A stretch of DNA of 64,000 bases from Alphaproteobacteria bacterium (GTDB lineage Bacteria; Pseudomonadota; Alphaproteobacteria; MPNO01; UBA830). Location: positions 1,952,001-2,016,000 of the forward strand of contig OZ219790.1 in the NCBI GenBank assembly GCA_964291215.2, in the 5' to 3' direction. Both the position numbers and the translations under genes were made by a program. Position 1 is the stretch's first letter. Each line of letters begins with the position of its first letter. Positions 31,011 to 41,565 of the stretch are shown piece after piece. The notes below the pieces were generated by a model. That model saw only the letters and a list, made by a program, of their open reading frames with translations. It made no database searches and was not told where the DNA came from.

Positions 31011-32225
31011 GTAGTCCACCGGCATTGTATTGATGGTTTTTGGTGGGTAGTATTCCTGTGTCGGCATCCGTTGGAATCTGGACAGTGTCGATATCCACAC
31101 GGGCAAGATGCCGAACAGGCAGCCGCAGCCCCATGTACAGGTCTGGACAACGGGAGCGGCGCAATGACAGGAGCAGCGTATATGGCCAACTCTCGGGGCA
31201 GGAAGCTCTACCGCGTGACCCTTTCGGCGCAGGAGCGCCGGGATCTGAAGGCGATTGTCGACGGCACCGGGGCTGCCTGGCGTCGGCGCCGGGCACAGGT
31301 CCTGATGCTGAGGGGGCGCTTGTCGATGCCGACATTGCGCAAGGGCTGGGCATCGGCACGGCGACGGTTGAGCGCTTGCGCAAGCGCTGCGTTCTGGAGG
31401 GGCTGGACGCCGCCCTCAGCCGCAAGGAGCAGGTGAACCGTCGGCCGAAACGGGGGCGATGGAGGCGAAGCTGGTCGCCCTGTTCGTCCCCGCCCGAGGG
31501 CTGTGGACGCTGAAGCTGCTCGACGGCCGTCTGGTGGAGATCGTCGAGCGCATTTCGGAAGAGACGGTCAGGAAGACGCTAAAAAAAAGAGATCAAGCCG
31601 TGGCTGAAGCAGTACTGGTGCATTCCACCGCACCGGAGCGCACAGTTCGTAGCGGCGGATGTGCTTGACATTTATCAGCGGGACTTTGCCGGGGACGAGG
31701 TGCTGGAGACCAGCCGGCAGCAGGAAACCCGCATCCCCCCGGTCAGCCGGAGGTGGTCGACTATGAATATGAGCGCAACGGCACGGCCAACCTCTTCATG
31801 GCCTTTGCGCCCAACGAGAACTGGCGCACGGTGAAAGTCACCGCCGCCGCGGGACTGGGCGCACTTCATCCGGGAGCTTGCCGACGACCATTTCCCCGAC
31901 AGAAAGATCGTGCTGGACAATCTGAACACGCACAGTCACTGTATGAAGCCTTCGAGCCCGAGGAGGCGGGTACGAAAGCGGTTCGAGTTTCGCTATACGC
32001 CGAAGCACGGAAGCTGGCTCAACATGGCCGAAATCGAGATCGGTGCGCTGTCGCGGCAATGCCTTCGGCGACGCATTCCCGACCGCGACACCATGCTGCG
32101 GGAGACGGCAGCATGGTGTCGCGGCGCAATGCGGCCGATGTCACTGTCGACTGGCGTTTCACGACGAAGGATGCCCGAACGAAACTGAAGTCACTATGCC
32201 CATCAATCCAATAATGCTAGACTAC
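31011..32225 (+). mobile_element. IS630-family element (second, distinct), degraded
   Basis: TA duplication at 31009-10 and 32226-27 in a CTAG target. Ends GTAGTC / GACTAC. WTLKLL, ETVRKTLKK, DYEYERNGTANLF, LDNLNTH and YTPKHGSWLNMAEIEI. Confidence 0.9.
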
Positions 32226-32905
32226 TAGATGCGCGCTACGAAAAAGCCCGCCATGACGGCGTTGTGCGCGATGTCGCGGTACTCTCGGCCATTGGAATAG
32301 GGGCTGCAGGCACGTTCCGGGGCTCTCTGTGGCGCTCTCCGAGGCCGAGGTCCATTGGAGAGCCCTCCTGGAAAGCTTGCTAGCCCTGCATGGTACGACC
32401 TTCATCGTCTCGGATGCTGGGCTGAAAGCGGCACGACGCGCGGTGCTGGGCGCGGCGACGTGGCAGCGCTGCCAGTTCCACCTGGCGCAAAACGCCGTGC
32501 AGCGCGCACCGAACAACGACATCAGGAAACGTATTGGAAAACAGCTCGGAGCCACGCCTCCTCACTCCAAACCGCCGAGGCTGAACTGGGCGCCCTCGTG
32601 GCCAGCTATCGCGACAAGCATCCAGGCTTCCTGGCTGGAAAAGAATGCGGGGCTCGCTGTTTTCACCTTGCCCGATGCTCACCGCAAACGTATGCGAACC
32701 TCGAACGGTATCGAGCGGCCGATCCAGCAAGAGCTCAAGCGGCGCACCTCCAAAGTCAGGGTCTTTCCGAACCTCGCCTCGTTGGAGCGCCTCTCAACCG
32801 CGGTCCTCATCGACGAAAAATGGGAAACCGAAACCAAGATCAAATGGGAACAGCTCGATGATTGAGAGCTTCACGACAATTTCCAGACATCAGGTTGCGT
32901 AATCC

Positions 32906-32964
32906 CGCGCCGCCGCCGCGATCTCGGGACCGATGCCGTCGCCCGGCAGAATCAGCACCTGCAT
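32906..32964 (-). pseudogene. Isocitrate/isopropylmalate dehydrogenase family gene, 5' end
   Basis: RBS GGAGG, then MQVLILPGDGIGPEIAAAA (PGDGIGPE motif), cut by the IS256 end. Confidence 0.85.
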
Positions 32965-33052
32965 CTGGAATTCGCCTCCCGTCCGATTTGATTTCGTTGG
33001 CCGCTCGCCTATGATCGCGCGCCGGTTCAGGCAAGAGAGGAGTTCCCTGCCA

Positions 33053-34351
33053 GTGTCAAGCAACCGCAGCCTGCGTCCGGAGACCATCGTGCTCCATGCG
33101 GGCCACCGGGGCGACCCCAATACCGGTTCGGTCGCCGTTCCGATCCACCAGACCACGTCCTACCAGTTCCGGGACACCGAACACGCCGCAAACCTGTTCG
33201 CGCTGAGCGAGCTCGGCAATATCTACACCCGGATCATGAATCCGACCCAGGCCGTGTTCGAGGATCGAATGGCGGCGCTGGAGGGCGGGGTTGCGGCGCT
33301 GGCGCTGGCCTCAGGCCAGGCGGCGACGGCGTTCTCCCTCCAGAACGTCGCCCATGCCGGCGACAATGTGGTGAGCTCGACCGACCTCTACGGCGGCACC
33401 TGGAACCTGTTCGCCAACACGCTGAAGGACCAGGGCATCGAGGTGCGGTTCGTCGATCCGGCCGACCCCGAGAACTTCCGCCGCGCCATCGACGACAGGA
33501 CGCGCGCCTTCTACGCGGAGACGCTGCCGAACCCGAAGCTCGAAGTCTTCCCGATCAGGGAAGTCGCCGATATCGGACGCGAATACGGCATCCCGCTCAT
33601 CATGGACAACACCGCGGCGCCGCTGATCTGCCGGCCCTTCGACCACGGGGCGGCGGTCGTCATGTATTCAACGACGAAATATATCGGCGGGCACGGCACC
33701 TCCATCGGCGGCCTGCTGATCGACGGCGGCAATTTCGACTGGGAGGCATTCCCGGAGCGTCAGCCCTATCTGAACCGGCCCGACCCGAGCTACCACGGCG
33801 CGGTCTGGACCGAGGCGGTCAAGCCGCTCGGGCCCATCGCCTACATCATCAAGGCCCGGACGACGCTCCTGCGCGACCTCGGCGCGGCGACCACGCCGAT
33901 GAACGCCTTCCTGTTCCTGCAGGGGCTTGAGACGTTGCCGCTCAGAATGGAGCGGCATAACGCCAATGCCGCGGCCGTCGCCGACTTCCTGAACGGCCAC
34001 GCCAGGGTCGCGAAGACGATCTATCCGGGCCTGATGGACGGCGAGGCGCGGCGCCGCGCCGACGCCTATCTGGACGGCGGCTACGGCGCGCTGGTGGGCT
34101 TCGAGCTCGCGGGCGGCCGCGAGGCCGGGCGGGCGTTGATCGACGCGCTGGAGCTGCTCTTCCATGTCGCCAATATCGGCGATGCGCGCAGCCTCGCCAT
34201 CCACCCAGCGACGACCACCCATTCGCAGCTCTCGGAAGAGGAGCAGGCGGCCACCGGCGTCACGCCCGGCTATGTCCGCCTCTCCATCGGCCTGGAGCAT
34301 ATCGACGACATCCTCGCCGACCTCGACCAGGCGCTGGCCGCAGCGGGCTGA
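33053..34351 (+). CDS. metY: O-acetylhomoserine aminocarboxypropyltransferase (sulfhydrylase)
   Basis: VAVPIHQTTSY, GNIYTRIMNPT, STTKYIGGHGTS (PLP lysine) and ANIGDARSLAIHPATTTHSQL. GTG start chosen after GAGGAG. Confidence 0.92.
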   Translation: MSSNRSLRPETIVLHAGHRGDPNTGSVAVPIHQTTSYQFRDTEHAANLFALSELGNIYTRIMNPTQAVFEDRMAALEGGVAALALASGQAATAFSLQNVAHAGDNVVSSTDLYGGTWNLFANTLKDQGIEVRFVDPADPENFRRAIDDRTRAFYAETLPNPKLEVFPIREVADIGREYGIPLIMDNTAAPLICRPFDHGAAVVMYSTTKYIGGHGTSIGGLLIDGGNFDWEAFPERQPYLNRPDPSYHGAVWTEAVKPLGPIAYIIKARTTLLRDLGAATTPMNAFLFLQGLETLPLRMERHNANAAAVADFLNGHARVAKTIYPGLMDGEARRRADAYLDGGYGALVGFELAGGREAGRALIDALELLFHVANIGDARSLAIHPATTTHSQLSEEEQAATGVTPGYVRLSIGLEHIDDILADLDQALAAAG

Positions 34352-34377
34352 GGCGGGTCAACCCTTTGCGCCACAAC

Positions 34378-34406
34378 GGGGCCGCGCCTTGCACGGGCGC
34401 GGCCCC
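34378..34406 (+). terminator. Putative terminator hairpin after metY
   Basis: 11-bp stem GGGGCCGCGCC / GGCGCGGCCCC with a 7-nt loop; weak U-tract. Confidence 0.45.
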
Positions 34407-34603
34407 TGTGCAGAGTCGGCGCCGGATTAACGAGTGCGGGCACCGTTCAAAAACTAGATTCTTTTAGACCGAAGTTCCAGAAAATTCCGGCTGAAATGCA
34501 CGTCAAGCCATTGATGAAGCATGGTTTGTCGGATTTTTCGTGCGTCAGAGTGTACCCATGTAATATTGTGTTCGATGCTTGACATCCATGGATCTTGCTC
34601 CTA

Positions 34604-35822
34604 CCCCACTTCCAGTCTGAAGTGCAACATCCGGCCCTCATCGCAGTGAGGGCGTAGCCCGAACGGAGATGAGGGCCGGATGTTGCACAAATTTTCTCCC
34701 TCTGCCCCTCTCGATTCCGCCTGAGAACAGCTTCAGTTCCTTCAACATCGAGCTTATGCAACGCCTTTGTCGGCTTCAAGCCACTATTTCGCCGTCGCGC
34801 GGCATGGACCCTGCTGCACGTTGCGGCTGCGGAACATGGCGCAGATGGTCAGCGCGGTTTCACTTCAAGATTACCTCCGTCGGCGATCCCAGGACTTTCC
34901 GAGTGTTGAGCCGCACCTTCTGAACATCTTCGTTGCATGTCGCGCGAAAGTCCGTGCCCTTCGGGAAGTACTCCCGCACCAGGCCGTTGGTGTGCTCATT
35001 CAAGCCGCGCTCCCAAGAATGGAAAGGCGAAGAAGAAATCTGCGTCAAATGCTTCAGCGACACGCCTGTGGTCTGCGAACTCCTTGCCGTTGTCTGACGA
35101 GATTGTGTTGTCTGACGTGATTGTGTGGACCAATAGCGCACCAGAGCCGAGCAGGCGGATCATGACCGAACCGACCGTGTCTTTCTGTCCACCCAGCAAG
35201 GTGTATTTCGTGGCACGAGCGACACGACAGCTCCACTGTGAGCTTTGCCGATGATGGCTCCCAGTCGCCGATCCGTTCCTTTGCCTCCGCAGGGCGCTCG
35301 GAAATGTCCACCCGGCCGGAATGGCATCCGCCCTTCCAGTTCGGCTTCTTGCCGCGCCGCCGAAGCTTCTTCCACAAGACGCCCCCGGCTCTCCGATCTT
35401 CGGCGATCATGGATCCGTTCACGGCCTTCCAGTCGAAAACGGCCGCTGCTCGGGGCCCTCCCGCAGCTTTTTCTAAGCTTCAACCCGAGGCGTCAACCGC
35501 CAAGAAACAGACGAGGCTGTACTACGGCGCGTTTCTGCCATCCTTTGCGCCTGCTTGTGACGGTAACCCCGTCCCCCGGTGTTGCGCTTGATCTCCCGGA
35601 AAATTGTTGATCGGCCCAGCTGCCGAGCAATCGCACCTTGTGAAAGACCGCTTTTCTGCCTCAATCTGGCATCGCTCTTCGTAGGTGACGGTAGCCTTTG
35701 GACATGAACAAGCTCCCTTCATCTTGTACAGGAACTCTCGCCGCTACCGCTCCGCAACATCATGCGTCTTAAAACACATGGCCACAGCCCATCATGTGTT
35801 GCACTTCACTATGGAACGGGGG
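34604..35822 (-). mobile_element. IS30-family element, degraded
   Basis: TIR cores TTCCAGTCTGAAGTGCAACA / TTCCATAGTGAAGTGCAACA (rc). Transposase pieces in 34860-35705: IARQLGRSTIFREIKRN, RIGDWE, SDNGKEFA and WERGLNEHTNGLVREYFPK. Exact ends uncertain by a few bases. Confidence 0.88.
34622..34688. repeat. Perfect 21-bp inverted repeat overlapping the IS30 end
   Basis: GTGCAACATCCGGCCCTCATC-N25-GATGAGGGCCGGATGTTGCAC. Confidence 0.9.
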
Positions 35823-36207
35823 TGCGACTGAAGAGATTACCTGCGAACGGGAGCTTGAATTTCACCTGGAGGCGGAACTCGCCGAAAAAGGAAGTCCGAC
35901 ATTACCCTACCTGCGCTTCTACAATTTGATTGACTGCGGTTATTTGGGCGCTACCGTTGATTTGCGTGGACAGGAAGAGACCTGTCCCGATCTGGTCAGC
36001 GAGACGAAACCGGGCTATCCCTTTTGCCAGTCTCTTGCTTTGGAGGCTGTCGAATACGGTGTTGAAGGTTTCCTTACAGCCTCCGCTCGTAATGATGGCG
36101 GTACCTGCGTTCCGGTATTCGCCCGCCCGGCACTGTTCGGGCCGACCATTAGACATGGAGTTGCGTTGTCAATCACCGATGTCGGCATGAAGTTCCAGCG
36201 ACGGTAA
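35823..36207 (+). pseudogene. RES-domain protein, C-terminal fragment
   Basis: EEITCERELEFH, VDLRG, YPFCQSLA and GFLTASARNDGGTCVPVF. 5' end replaced by IS30. Confidence 0.65.
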
Positions 36208-36276
36208 AATTCCGGGTATTTTTCTGCTCGGAGTTATAGGGTGATCCCGTCGCTCCCGCTCCGATCACGTCGTAGA

Positions 36277-36672
36277 TCAGGAGACTGCGGTGATGATGAC
36301 CACCGCCTGAGCGATCGGCGGCTCGTCGGTTATCGTGACGTTGATCTGTGCGCTCATCCCTTCGGGCGTCAGTTCCCGCAAATGTCGGGCCGCGCCTCCG
36401 GTCAGCTCCATCGTCGGCTGACCACCGGGAATGTTTACCACCGCGAGATCGCGCCAGTAGACGCCCTGTCGGAAGCCGGTTCCGAGAGCCTTCGCGCAGG
36501 CCTCCTTGGCTGCGTATCGTCTTGCATAGCTGGCCGCGCGAAGCCGGCGCCGGTCGCATCTCTGTCGTTCGACGCCGGTGAAGCACCGATGGGTGAAGCG
36601 CTCGCCGAAGCGTTCCAGTGTCCGCTCTATGCGCCGGATGTCGATAAGGTCGCTGCCGAGCCCGATGATCAT
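36277..36672 (-). CDS. acpS: Holo-[acyl-carrier-protein] synthase
   Basis: [15 protein letters not shown] and [14 protein letters not shown]; overlaps the pdxJ stop. Confidence 0.95.
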   Translation of the reverse strand: MIIGLGSDLIDIRRIERTLERFGERFTHRCFTGVERQRCDRRRLRAASYARRYAAKEACAKALGTGFRQGVYWRDLAVVNIPGGQPTMELTGGAARHLRELTPEGMSAQINVTITDEPPIAQAVVIITAVS

Positions 36673-37502
36673 GCGTCGTCGCCATGATCGCCGGATGCGG
36701 TCGCCGGCCCGCCGCTGCGCGCGTTGTCCATGAGGCGCCGCATGTGTCCGACGGCATCCTCGATCCCCATGAAAATCGCCTCGCCGATCAGGAAGTGTCC
36801 GATGTTGAGCTCGACAATCGTCGGGATGGCGGCGATGGCCGATACCGTCTCGAAACCCAGCCCGTGGCCGGCGTGGCACTCGATACCGGCAGATTCGGCA
36901 TGCGCCGCAGCCTCCGCGATGCGGTCGAGTTCGCGCTCGCGCGCTTCGCCATTCGCCTCGCAGTAGGCGCCGACGTGAAGTTCGACGACCGGGCAGCCCA
37001 GCGCGACGGCAGAGTCTATCTGTTCGGTCACCGGTTCGATGAACAGCGACACGCGGATGCCGGCGCCCGCCAGGCCGTTGACGATCGGCGCCAGCTGATT
37101 GTGTTTGCCGGCGGCGTCGAGGCCGCCTTCGGTGGTGCGTTCCTCCCGTTTCTCGGGAACGATGCAGGCGGCGTGGGGGAGGTGCTGCAGCGCGATTCCG
37201 AGCATCTCGTCGGTCGCCGCCATCTCAAGGTTGAGGGGCAGGTCGCTGCCGTGGGCCAGGCGAAGGATATCGTCATCCGTGATATGTCGGCGATCCTCGC
37301 GGAGATGAGCGGTAATGCCGTCGGCTCCGGCCCGGGCCGCGGCCGCGGCCGCGCGCAACGGATCGGGATGGACGCCGCCGCGGGCATTCCGAACGGTGGC
37401 GACATGGTCGATATTGACGCCGAGTCTCAGCGGACGCACGGTAATCGTTCGCCCTGTTCCGACCGTGGCGCCGCCGGCTGAAGAGCGTGTGGCAGCAGCC
37501 AT
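36669..37502 (-). CDS. pdxJ: Pyridoxine 5'-phosphate synthase
   Basis: [30 protein letters not shown] and [12 protein letters not shown]. Confidence 0.96.
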   Translation of the reverse strand: MAAATRSSAGGATVGTGRTITVRPLRLGVNIDHVATVRNARGGVHPDPLRAAAAAARAGADGITAHLREDRRHITDDDILRLAHGSDLPLNLEMAATDEMLGIALQHLPHAACIVPEKREERTTEGGLDAAGKHNQLAPIVNGLAGAGIRVSLFIEPVTEQIDSAVALGCPVVELHVGAYCEANGEARERELDRIAEAAAHAESAGIECHAGHGLGFETVSAIAAIPTIVELNIGHFLIGEAIFMGIEDAVGHMRRLMDNARSGGPATASGDHGDDA

Positions 37503-37503
37503 G

Positions 37504-39639
37504 TCAATTCTGGGCCAGCTCTACGGATGACACGTCGGACGCCGTGCGCAGAGCGGCGACGATGTCGCTGACGCGGCGCGCGTCCTCGACCTCGAAATCG
37601 ATGGTCATCTGGTAAAAATCCCGGGACCGGCCGGTGATCTTGAGATTGGTGATGTTGCCGTCCTGGCGCGCGATCAGCGTGGTGAGTTCGCCGAGGGCGC
37701 CGCGGCGGTTGGCCACTACCAGATCGAGTCGTCCGGCGCGATGGTCGGACGGCGCCGGCCCGAGGTCCCATGCAACATCGATCCATCGCTCCGGCATTTC
37801 GGTAAAGTTCGCGAGCGCCGAGCAGTCGCGGGTATGGATCGAGATTCCCCGTCCTGGTATTACGATCCCCATGATCTGCTCCCCGGGCATGGGATCGCAG
37901 CAGTTTGCGTAATGGACGGCCATGCCCGGCGTGAGTCCGCGGATCGGGATGGCCGCCGCGCCGTTCCGCCCGTCGCCGGCTCCTGTCCCGCGGCGCGGTT
38001 TGCGGTCGGCGAGGAGCTGCGGCGGGATCATTGCCTTGATGACATCCGCCACGGCGATGTCGCCCCGGCCCACGGCCTCGACCAGCATATCGGTGCTGTC
38101 GAGATCGAAGCGTGCCAGAACCTCCTTCGTTATCTGGCCCGGCGGCGCGCCCGTCGAGGTGTGGAACTCCCGGTCGAGCATGGCGCGTCCGAGCCGCGCG
38201 AACTCGTTGCGCTGGGTGTTCCTCACATGGCGGCGGATGCGCGCGCGCGCCTTGCCTGTCACCACCCACTGCTCCCAGGTCGGCGATGGCGCGCCTCCCT
38301 TGATGGTCAGTATCTCGACCTGATCGCCGTTGGCCAGTTCGGTGCGCAACGGCAGCATCCTGCCGTTGATCCTGGCGCCGATGCAGCAGTCGCCGATCTC
38401 GGAATGCACCGCATAGGCAAAATCCACGGGCGTGGCGCCCTGCGGAAGCGAGATGATGTCGCCCGTCGGGGTGAAGCAGAATACCTGGTCAGGATAGAGC
38501 TCGAGGCGCGTGTTTTCGAGGAACTCGTCGGGACTGCCTGCGCTGTCGAGGATGTCGAGAAGCTTGTGCACCCAGTGATAATGCTTGCCTTCGATCAGCG
38601 CGGCGCCGAACTTGTACTGCCAGTGGGCGGCAACGCCGAACTCGGCTATCCGGTTCATCTGAGTGGTGCGGATCTGGATCTCGATGCGGTGCAGCTCCGG
38701 ACCGATGACCGCGGTGTGCAGCGACTGGTAGCCGTTCTTCTTCGGGGTCGAGATGTAGTCGTCGAATTCGCCGGGGATCACACGGTACTCGGAGTGTATC
38801 CTCCCGAGCACCCGGTAGCAGTCCTCGACCGACGCGACCACGACGCGAAACGCGATGATGTCGGTCAGGCGCTCGAAGCGCACATTCTTGCGCTGCATCT
38901 TGCGCCAGATCGACACCGGTCTCTTGATGCGCCCCGACACCCCGGCGTCGATTTCGGAATCGGTGAGGATCCGGTCGATTTCCTCCGCGATCCTGTCCAC
39001 GATGTCTCCGGCCTGCTGCTGCAGGAAATCGAGGCGGCTGACAATAGATTCGCTGGCGTCGGGATGGATCTCGCGAAACGCGAGATCCTCAAGCTCTTCC
39101 TTGATCTCCTGTATGCCCATGCCGGCGGCCAGCGGCACGTAGATGTCCATGGTCTCCCGCGCTATGCGGCTCCGCTTTTCCGGCGAGCCGACATGCTCCA
39201 GCGTGCGCATGTTGTGGAGCCGGTCGGCAAGCTTGACGAGCAGCACGCGGATGTCCTTGGAGATCGCCAGCAGGAGCTTCTGGAAATTCTCCGCCTGCCC
39301 GCTGGCATTGGGCCTGAGCTCAAGTTCCGAGAGCTTCGTGACCCCGTCGACGAGTTGGGCGACCTCGGCGCCGAACAGGCCGCTGATCTGCGCGACGGTC
39401 GCAGCCGTGTCCTCGACCGTGTCATGCAGCAGCGCCGTGACGATGGATTCGGTATCGAGCCGGTATTCCGTGAGAATTCGCGCGACTTCGAGCGGATGCA
39501 GGAAATACGGCTCGCCCGAGGCACGTTTCTGCGCGCCGTGGACCTCCATCGAGAAGTCGTAGGCCCGCGCCAGCATTTCTTCGTCCGCGTACGGATCGTA
39601 GCCGCGGACGCGCTTGATCAGTTCCTGCTGTTCCATCAT
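37504..39639 (-). CDS. spoT: Bifunctional (p)ppGpp synthetase/hydrolase (RelA/SpoT homolog)
   Basis: HD domain (LLHDTVED), KLADRLHNMRT, YQSLHT and EIQIRT, plus TGS and ACT domains. Confidence 0.96.
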   Translation of the reverse strand: MMEQQELIKRVRGYDPYADEEMLARAYDFSMEVHGAQKRASGEPYFLHPLEVARILTEYRLDTESIVTALLHDTVEDTAATVAQISGLFGAEVAQLVDGVTKLSELELRPNASGQAENFQKLLLAISKDIRVLLVKLADRLHNMRTLEHVGSPEKRSRIARETMDIYVPLAAGMGIQEIKEELEDLAFREIHPDASESIVSRLDFLQQQAGDIVDRIAEEIDRILTDSEIDAGVSGRIKRPVSIWRKMQRKNVRFERLTDIIAFRVVVASVEDCYRVLGRIHSEYRVIPGEFDDYISTPKKNGYQSLHTAVIGPELHRIEIQIRTTQMNRIAEFGVAAHWQYKFGAALIEGKHYHWVHKLLDILDSAGSPDEFLENTRLELYPDQVFCFTPTGDIISLPQGATPVDFAYAVHSEIGDCCIGARINGRMLPLRTELANGDQVEILTIKGGAPSPTWEQWVVTGKARARIRRHVRNTQRNEFARLGRAMLDREFHTSTGAPPGQITKEVLARFDLDSTDMLVEAVGRGDIAVADVIKAMIPPQLLADRKPRRGTGAGDGRNGAAAIPIRGLTPGMAVHYANCCDPMPGEQIMGIVIPGRGISIHTRDCSALANFTEMPERWIDVAWDLGPAPSDHRAGRLDLVVANRRGALGELTTLIARQDGNITNLKITGRSRDFYQMTIDFEVEDARRVSDIVAALRTASDVSSVELAQN

Positions 39640-39726
39640 GGCGGCAACCTGCAGTCCGGCGGCCGATCCGGTCGCTGCCCAGGGAAAGGGGAGTATCGGA
39701 ACTCCGGGCCGGGATTTCGGCGTCCG

Positions 39727-40191
39727 CTAATCTTCCCCTTCGAGAGCCTCCTCCGGGACATCCTCGAAACCGCCGACCGGGTCCGACCAAGACTCCTCGG
39801 GTTCAGGCTCGGGCCCATCCCCGTCTTCTTCATCCTCATCGTCGGGGAGCGCCTCGTCGTGGAACGAGACGATGGCCTCGTCCTCTTCGGGCAGGAGAAC
39901 CGGCATGCCCAGCGGCGTGGCCGCCTTGTCGAATTCGCTCTCTTCCTCGACCGGTTCGTCGGGATCCGAATAGTCCTGCAGCGTCGCAATCATCGAATCC
40001 TCCAAGTCGCCCAGTTCGATCGTCTCCTCCGCGATCTCGCGCAGGGCGACCACGGGGTTCTTGTCATTGTCGCGCTCGACGGTCAGATCGGAATTGACCG
40101 AAATCATGCGGGCCCGGTGCGCGGCCATCATCACCAGCCGGAAGCGGTTGGGTACCATCAGAATGCAGTCTTCGACTGTAACGCGAGCCAT
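39727..40191 (-). CDS. rpoZ: RNA polymerase omega subunit
   Basis: MARVTVEDC and [13 protein letters not shown]; acidic tail. Confidence 0.96.
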   Translation of the reverse strand: MARVTVEDCILMVPNRFRLVMMAAHRARMISVNSDLTVERDNDKNPVVALREIAEETIELGDLEDSMIATLQDYSDPDEPVEEESEFDKAATPLGMPVLLPEEDEAIVSFHDEALPDDEDEEDGDGPEPEPEESWSDPVGGFEDVPEEALEGED

Positions 40192-40296
40192 TGGCGGGTT
40201 TCTCCAGTTTCGGCCAAGCCGGTAGGCCGCTAATATAGGCGGATACGGTCGATCAAGGCAAGCTGTGATCCCGGGCGGTCACCGCGCCCGGCTGCG

Positions 40297-40788
40297 TCAG
40301 CAGGGTCGGCAGACCTGGTCTCCGGGCAGCTGGCGGACGAGGTCGTCGATGCCGCGCCCGTCCGCCGGGTGGCGCCAGCCCGGCGCGACCTCGCGCAGCG
40401 GCAGCAGCACGAAGGCCCGCTCCCTCATGCGCGGATGTGGTATCAGCGGCGGGCCCTCAAGACCGCGCACGAGGTCGTGATAGGCGAGAAGATCGAGATC
40501 GAGGGTCCGGGCCGCGTTGGCGACGGACCGGGTCCGGCCGAACATTGCTTCGACATCGTGCAGGACCGCGAGCAGGTCCTGCGGGTCGCGCGACGTGGCC
40601 ACCGCAGCGACGCCATTGACGAAGTCCGGCTGCTCGGAGGCCGGGACGGGCGCGCTCGTGTACCATCGCGAGCAGCGTTCGACCGCGATGTCCCGCTGTT
40701 GGAGTTCCGCAAGCGCCGCCATGCACAGCTGCAGCGGCATCCCGGCCTCGAGGTGCGAAAGGTTGGAACCTATACCGATCAGGATCAC
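40297..40788 (-). CDS. folK: 2-amino-4-hydroxy-6-hydroxymethyldihydropteridine pyrophosphokinase
   Basis: IGIGSNL, QPDFVNGV, ARTLDLDLL and PHPRMRERAFVL. Confidence 0.95.
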   Translation of the reverse strand: MILIGIGSNLSHLEAGMPLQLCMAALAELQQRDIAVERCSRWYTSAPVPASEQPDFVNGVAAVATSRDPQDLLAVLHDVEAMFGRTRSVANAARTLDLDLLAYHDLVRGLEGPPLIPHPRMRERAFVLLPLREVAPGWRHPADGRGIDDLVRQLPGDQVCRPC

Positions 40789-40918
40789 GGATTCGCCTCG
40801 AATCTCGTTCGGGCACTTGCCTCACGGGGAGAAGGCCGTATATTGAGTTCAAACTCCGTTCCAGGCTGTTGTCAACTCAGCGCCTGCGGAAGATTGCAAC
40901 CGGAAGACCCAGAGGGAT

Positions 40919-41563
40919 ATGATGCACTTCAATCCTGAAGAACGGGTGGCGCTGTTCATTGACGGCCCAAATCTATATTCGGCAGCTCGAGCCCTTGGTT
41001 TTGATATTGACTACAAGAATTTGCTTGAGCTTTTTAGAAACGAAGGCCGTCTTGTCCGTGCCTTTTACTACACGGCACTCGCAGAAGATCAGGAATACTC
41101 CCCGATACGCCCGCTGGTAGATTGGCTTGACTATAACGGTTATACGATGGTCACCAAGCCGATCAAGGAGCATATCGATGAAATGGGGCGCCGCAAGGTC
41201 AAGGGCAACATGGACATTGAACTGGCGATCGACATGCTGGAGATGGCGCAGCACATCGACCACGCGGTGCTGTTCTCCGGCGACGGCGACTTCCGCCGTC
41301 TCGTCGAGGCGGTGCAACGCCGCGGCGTGAGGGTCACCGTCATCAGCACCTTCCGGTCCCATCCGCCGATCGCTGCCGACGAGTTGCGCCGGCAGGCCGA
41401 CATCTTCGTCGAACTGCAGGAGATCGGTCCCCGGATCGCCCGCGAGGGGCGCCGCCCGACGGACGACAACGCCCACTACGCAGAACGGCGGCATGTTCGG
41501 ATGCCGACGCCCGGCGACCCCGACCCTGATCTGGATGCCGCGGACCTTCTTGAAGACGCCTGA
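40919..41563 (+). CDS. NYN domain (LabA/DUF88) protein
   Basis: LFIDGPNLY, KGNMDIELAID, LFSGDGDF and LRRQADIF. Confidence 0.92.
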   Translation: MMHFNPEERVALFIDGPNLYSAARALGFDIDYKNLLELFRNEGRLVRAFYYTALAEDQEYSPIRPLVDWLDYNGYTMVTKPIKEHIDEMGRRKVKGNMDIELAIDMLEMAQHIDHAVLFSGDGDFRRLVEAVQRRGVRVTVISTFRSHPPIAADELRRQADIFVELQEIGPRIAREGRRPTDDNAHYAERRHVRMPTPGDPDPDLDAADLLEDA

Positions 41564-41565
41564 CA

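Larger units (their letters stand above)
25429..32905 (+). mobile_element. IS256-family element, copy B, carrying four nested elements
   Basis: TIR GGGTACTGTAACTTAATGTCTGGAAATT at 25429 and ...CAGGTTGCGTAATCC at 32905. Pieces 25429-25507, 27466-27599, 30621-31010 and 32226-32905 are collinear with copy A. Imperfect TSD (CGCGCGCC / CGCGCC). Confidence 0.9.

Noticed and set aside
39727-39960. Long acidic tail of RpoZ
   Set aside because: Common in alphaproteobacterial omega subunits.
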